DNA of 64,000 nt from Eledone cirrhosa (taxonomy: Eukaryota). This document shows positions 58,396-64,000 of this stretch, one piece after another. The stretch's first letter is position 1. Each line of letters starts with the position of its first letter. The notes below the pieces were generated by a model. The model was not told the origin of the DNA and searched no databases. It worked only from the letters and a program-made list of their open reading frames with translations. Location of the stretch: NCBI GenBank assembly GCA_964016885.1, contig OZ024763.1, positions 27,404,001-27,468,000 on the forward strand. The letters run 5' to 3'. The position numbers and the translations under genes are program-made.

Positions 58396-59660
58396 TTTCT
58401 TTCTATAGTCTTGCTCTTTCTCTTATTTGGTTTTCAAAACATAGAAATATACATGCGTCCATACACGTACAAATGCATACCACACAACGTATACACACAT
58501 AAAAACACATAAACACACACAAAAACACACATATAAACACATACAAACACACACACAGAAACGCACAAGAAGAAAGACACACATAAACCATACAAAAATA
58601 CACACATAAAAAGACACACAAAAGCACGCATAAAAAAACACGCACAAAATCATTCACATAAAACACACTCGCATATATAGGAACAAGCAAAAATATTACC
58701 ATACACACAACAAACATGCACACACATATATACACACACACATATATACAAACACACAGGAAACGCATTAACACATAGACACATACACTCACACATGCAC
58801 TCACGCATATATACACATACTCGCATATACATACTCAAACATACATACTCACTCATACATACTCATACAGACCCATATAAACATGCACTCACACACACAC
58901 ATACACACACATTCATGTGCCCCTCAGTAACCGATTTACTTCACTCAACTTTCATTTCTTTCTCACTCATACTCACACTCTCACTCTCGCCCCCCCTCTC
59001 TCTCTCTGTTTCTCTCAATTTTCTCTCATCTCTTCTCTCTGTTTCTGTCCTCTTTCTTTCCTCTCTTCCCTCTTTCGCTCTTTCTAACAAACATACGATT
59101 TTGCCTCTCTCTCACTCTCTCTTTCTTCCCCCCTCTGTTTCTTTCCCTCACTGTTTCTCTCTCTTAATTTTCTCTCCCCCTTCTCATCTCTCCCTCTCTC
59201 TAACAAACACACGATTTCTTATCTCCTTTATACACTGTACAACCATAACCACCACCACCACCACCACCACCACCATCATCACCACCACCATCATCACCAA
59301 CACTAACACCACTAATACGACCACCACCACCATCATCAACACCACCACCACTATCACCAGCACCACCACTATCACCACCTACACTATCACCACCACCATT
59401 TTCACCACCAGCTCCACCACCACCACTACATACTAACACCACCACCACCACCAGCACCATCAACACCACCACCACCACCACCACCACCACCACCACCACC
59501 ACCACCACCACCATCACCACCACCGCCACCACCACCACTACACACCACCATCTAACCCCGTTTCCAATATTCTGTGTGTAACAAGTTCAGTAGGTAATGA
59601 TATCGATCTCTCTTAACACATCGATCCATTGCATGCTGGGATATTGCTAAACTGATCTAT

Positions 59661-59752
<92 letters not shown>

Positions 59753-59819
59753 CATATAGATATGTAGATAGATATGTGTATATATATCATATATATGTAT
59801 ATGTATATATATAAAAATT

Positions 59820-59851
<32 letters not shown>

Positions 59852-59859
59852 CATATAAA

Positions 59860-59904
<45 letters not shown>

Positions 59905-59911
59905 CTATATA

Positions 59912-59980
<69 letters not shown>

Positions 59981-60043
59981 GAAAGATTTGTAGATAGATA
60001 TGTGTTTATATATATCATATCTATGATATATATGTATATATAC

Positions 60044-60193
<150 letters not shown>

Positions 60194-60331
60194 ATATATA
60201 TATCATATAGATATCTAGACGTGTATATATATCCTATATATGCAAGTGTGGGTGTTTCTGTGTCTGTCTGTATCTGTGTGTGTATGTGTCGGTCATCTGT
60301 GTATGTGTATATGTATGCACCTTTCTCTCTC

Positions 60332-60362
<31 letters not shown>

Positions 60363-60386
60363 CTGTAAGTGTGGGTATTGTGTGTT

Positions 60387-60424
<38 letters not shown>

Positions 60425-60534
60425 CGTGTGTATTTGCATGTATGTGTTTTTAACCGTATTTGAATGACATTAGGGAGAGTTAAGGATAGACAGAGTGGAG
60501 GGAGAAGAAAGGAGAGATATAAGATGTAAGAGTA

Positions 60535-60582
<48 letters not shown>

Positions 60583-60958
60583 GAGAGGTGAGATAGATAT
60601 AGATAGAGAGAGAGAGAGATAGAGAGAGCGGGTGAAGCAATAAAAGGAACAAATGTGAGAAAGAGGAAGAGAGAGGAAGGCACACACTCACAGACCCACA
60701 CCTACGCACACACACACATACACACGCACACACTCTCACTCACACAGGCACAAGCACACATATACACTCATATATATATATATATAGAGAGAGATATTTA
60801 AATTTTATATATATATATATATATGTATATATGTGTATACATACATATTTATATATATATATATATACAAACATATGTGTATATATATATATATATATGT
60901 TTTATATATATATCATATATATATGTATCTATATGGATGTATACATATATGTGATATG

Positions 60959-61007
<49 letters not shown>

Positions 61008-61829
61008 GTATATGGATATAGATATTTATATATATATATATATATGTGTGTATACACACACATACTTATATATATATACAAACATATGTGTATATATATA
61101 TATGTTTTATATATATATCATATATATATGTATCTATATGGATGTATACATATATGTGATATGTATATATACACACACACACACACACACATATATGTAT
61201 ATGGATATAGATATTTATATATATATATATATTTATATATACACATACATACAGACGTGCACATAAACCACAACCGCGGCCACCTCACATCACACACATT
61301 TCATTCATTATGGGTAACCGTTATGATTTTCAGCCCCCAACCCACCCGAGACGGCCTTCCTCCCCTTTTTCTCCTTCCATGATACATAACCCTATCATGT
61401 TCATGTGTTAATATTGAAATTAAAAACCTTCCATCATAATTTTATGTAAAGAACCCCCTCTACCCATATCTCCGCCACTCCACCGCCCCCTGTATTTTCT
61501 GTTTAAGTTTACGTTACGTTTAGAAACAACAGCTGAAATATAGCAATAATAATGATAAAAACAGCAACAACAGCAACAAAAATACGTATAAAACTTCAAC
61601 AATGACAACAACAGCAACAAAAATGCGTATAAAACCTCAACAATAACAACAAAATAAAATTTAAAAAAAAATGGAAAGCAAACAAAATCTAACCATGTTA
61701 GTTATTTTTAATAAATCCTTCCACATTTTTGATTATTCCCGAAATTAATTAAAACAACACAACACAAACGCGATGTATTTCATTAGAAATATGATCACGA
61801 AAGGTTTTATAAAATCGCTTACGTGTTTT

Positions 61830-61845
61830 CAGCGCCACCTGATGG
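61830..61845 (-). promoter_or_regulatory. Candidate CTCF site
   Basis: CCATCAGGTGGCGCTG closely matches the CCASYAGRKGGCRS consensus. Confidence 0.45.
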
Positions 61846-62509
61846 GAGATGAATTTGATAAAAATCATTTTTGCCGTAAAAATTCTCTTTTGATTTTCTA
61901 AAACGTTAAATTTATTAAATGTTCGGCCTTCGATATTTGATTTTTTTTTTATAGATTTTTTTTTTTAGATTTTAGATTTTAAGATTTTAGTTTTGATTTT
62001 GATGCCAGTGTCTCCCCTACCTCTTTCTCTCATCCTCTCATCCCTCCACCCTCTCTCTCTTTCTCTCTTTTTCTCTCTCTCTCTCTCCTCTTATCTCTCA
62101 TCCTTCACCCGGCTCTTCATACATACAACATACACACATTTTCATTTCATTACCTCGTTATGAAATTTCGTAATCTTTCCCTATCTAGATGTGTTTGTTT
62201 TTGTTTCGTTTCGCTTCGTTTTGTATTGCTTTCTTTTTGTCTTGTTTTCTATTTTATGTTTGTTTTTCGTTTGACTTATTTGTGTGTTTTAGTCTTGTTT
62301 GTTTGTTTCTTTGTTTGTTTTTGTTGTAAATTTTGCGATATTGTTTATTGGAGAATTTCATGTCTTTCTTTCAAGGCCTTCTTCATATTCATACCTCATC
62401 AACAGTTGACGACACACGCTCGTATATCATGTTCCCCTCATAACTGATGCAGACAGTCGGTGGAAGTGTGTGTGTGTGGGGGTGGATGGGGTAGTCTGGA
62501 GACTCTTGA

Positions 62510-63495
62510 GGTTCTAATAGTCACCACCAGTTGCCGTTGATCTTTGTCCTCGTTCATGCGTAAAGGAGGCACAATATTGTGGCGTCCCTTGTCCCAGTCT
62601 TTGGTGTTGTCAAGAGCAGCGTTAATATCTACCAATTTCCACTGCAGGTCTTTGTCCTCTCTCAAACACAGAGTGGACCGCAGTATTGTGGGTTTCCTTG
62701 TCCAGTCTTTGACGTTGTCAAGACCAGTGCTAATATTCATCAATTGTCACCATATGTCTCAGTCCTTTCACATACACAGAATGGACCGCAGTATTGTGGT
62801 CTGTCCATGTCCAGTCATTAATGTTGTCAGACCAGCTCTCACAGTTACCAATTACCGTTAGTCTCTGTTCTCTCTTATATACAGAGTGAGCCCAGTATTG
62901 TGGCCTGTCCTGTTTGATTGTTGGTGTTGTCAGACCAGCTCTCACAGTTACCAATTGCTTCTGTCTCTGTCCTCTCTCATACTCAGAGTGACCACTGTAT
63001 TGTGGCTTAATCTGTCCAGTCATTGGTGTTGTCACACCAGCTCACACCGTCACCAGTTACTGCTGGTCTCTAGCCACTATCATACACAGAGTGACCGCAG
63101 TATTCTGGCATGTCATGTCCAGTCTTTGGTGTTGTCACACCAGCTCACACCGTCACCAGTTACTGCTGGTCTCTGGCCACTATCATACACAGAGTGACCG
63201 CAATACTCTGGCATGTCATGTCCAGTCTTTGGTGTTGTCACACCAGCTCACACCGTCACCAGTTACTGCTGGTCTCTGGCCACTCTCATACACAGAGTGA
63301 CCACAGTATTCTGGCATATCATGTCCAGTCTTTGGTGTTGTCACACCAGCTCACACCGTCACCAGTTACTGTTGGTCTCTAGCCACTATCATACACAGAG
63401 TGACCGCAATACTCTGGTATGTCCTGTCCAGTCTTTGGTATTGTCACACCAGCTCACACCGTCTCCAATTGCTGCTGGTCTCTCTCCTCTCTATC
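62510..63495. repeat. 103-109 bp tandem repeat, ~9 units
   Basis: ccagtctttggtgttgtca recurs at 62596, 62704, 62813, 63018, 63121, 63224, 63327, 63430. Confidence 0.85.
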
Positions 63496-63708
63496 ACAAT
63501 ATCACAGTGGAGAAGACATCATACATGCTGTTGATGACAGGATGAAAGCTTCTTCACCAATCGGATCCCAGCACTGCAACACGGATGGAAAAAACAAACA
63601 AAACAGTGTGTAGACTGCAAGGAGGACTATGTTGAGAAATAAACCTTCTTTTGGTCACATTCCATGAGAGTATCTTGGTCAGACTGTGAACATTTCAGCC
63701 GATCCTTG
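63495..63708 (+). mobile_element. mariner transposon remnant: transposase C-terminus and 3' TIR
   Basis: EDIIHAVDD/DESFFTNRIPALQHGWKK..CVDCKEDYVEK* then tttcagccgatccttg-TA. Confidence 0.8.
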
Positions 63709-64000
63709 TATATGTATACTCAAAATTTCAAATTTTGGCAGAAATATCACAAAAACGTATACAATTGAGACGCATGCAGCGTGCGCATGCGTATTGGGAA
63801 TATACAGGCATACAGACATGCAGACATGCAGACATGCACACTGTTGTAGGTGGCAGATGCACTACACTGCACTACACTACTTACGTAATCGAGTGTATAT
63901 GCATGTGTGAGCGTGCATGTTGGTGTTGGTTGTGGTTGTGGTGATGACGAGAGTGGTGTTGGCGGTGGTTGTGGTGGTGGTGGTGGTGGCGGTGGTGGCG

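Overview
Eukaryotic, AT-rich, microsatellite-saturated DNA, most likely an octopus/coleoid cephalopod intron or intergenic region (inferred from octopus-type tRNA-derived SINEs and the extreme (TA)n/(CA)n/(GA)n/(CCA)n load). No host protein-coding gene is recognisable, and almost all listed ORFs are microsatellite artefacts. Real coding remnants are limited to Tx1/L1-clade LINE 3' ends, an RTE 3' end and a mariner C-terminus. The main signal is in the short unique islands between (TA)n tracts: by eye I can fold about 20 complete or near-complete type I hammerhead ribozymes (stem I-CUGANGA-stem II-GAA-stem III-UH-stem I) and about 10 truncated ones, in at least 11 sequence families (labelled A-K here). 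They sit in 100-500 bp non-coding inserts with the architecture of Penelope-like retroelement pseudo-LTRs: (TA)n targets, head-to-head foldbacks and two fixed 3' ends per family. Family-specific palindromic stem III sequences, a non-canonical CAGAAGA core, breakpoints clustering at the ribozyme and a shared GAGTRCTC palindrome in the tails stand out. All structures were folded manually and none has been tested.
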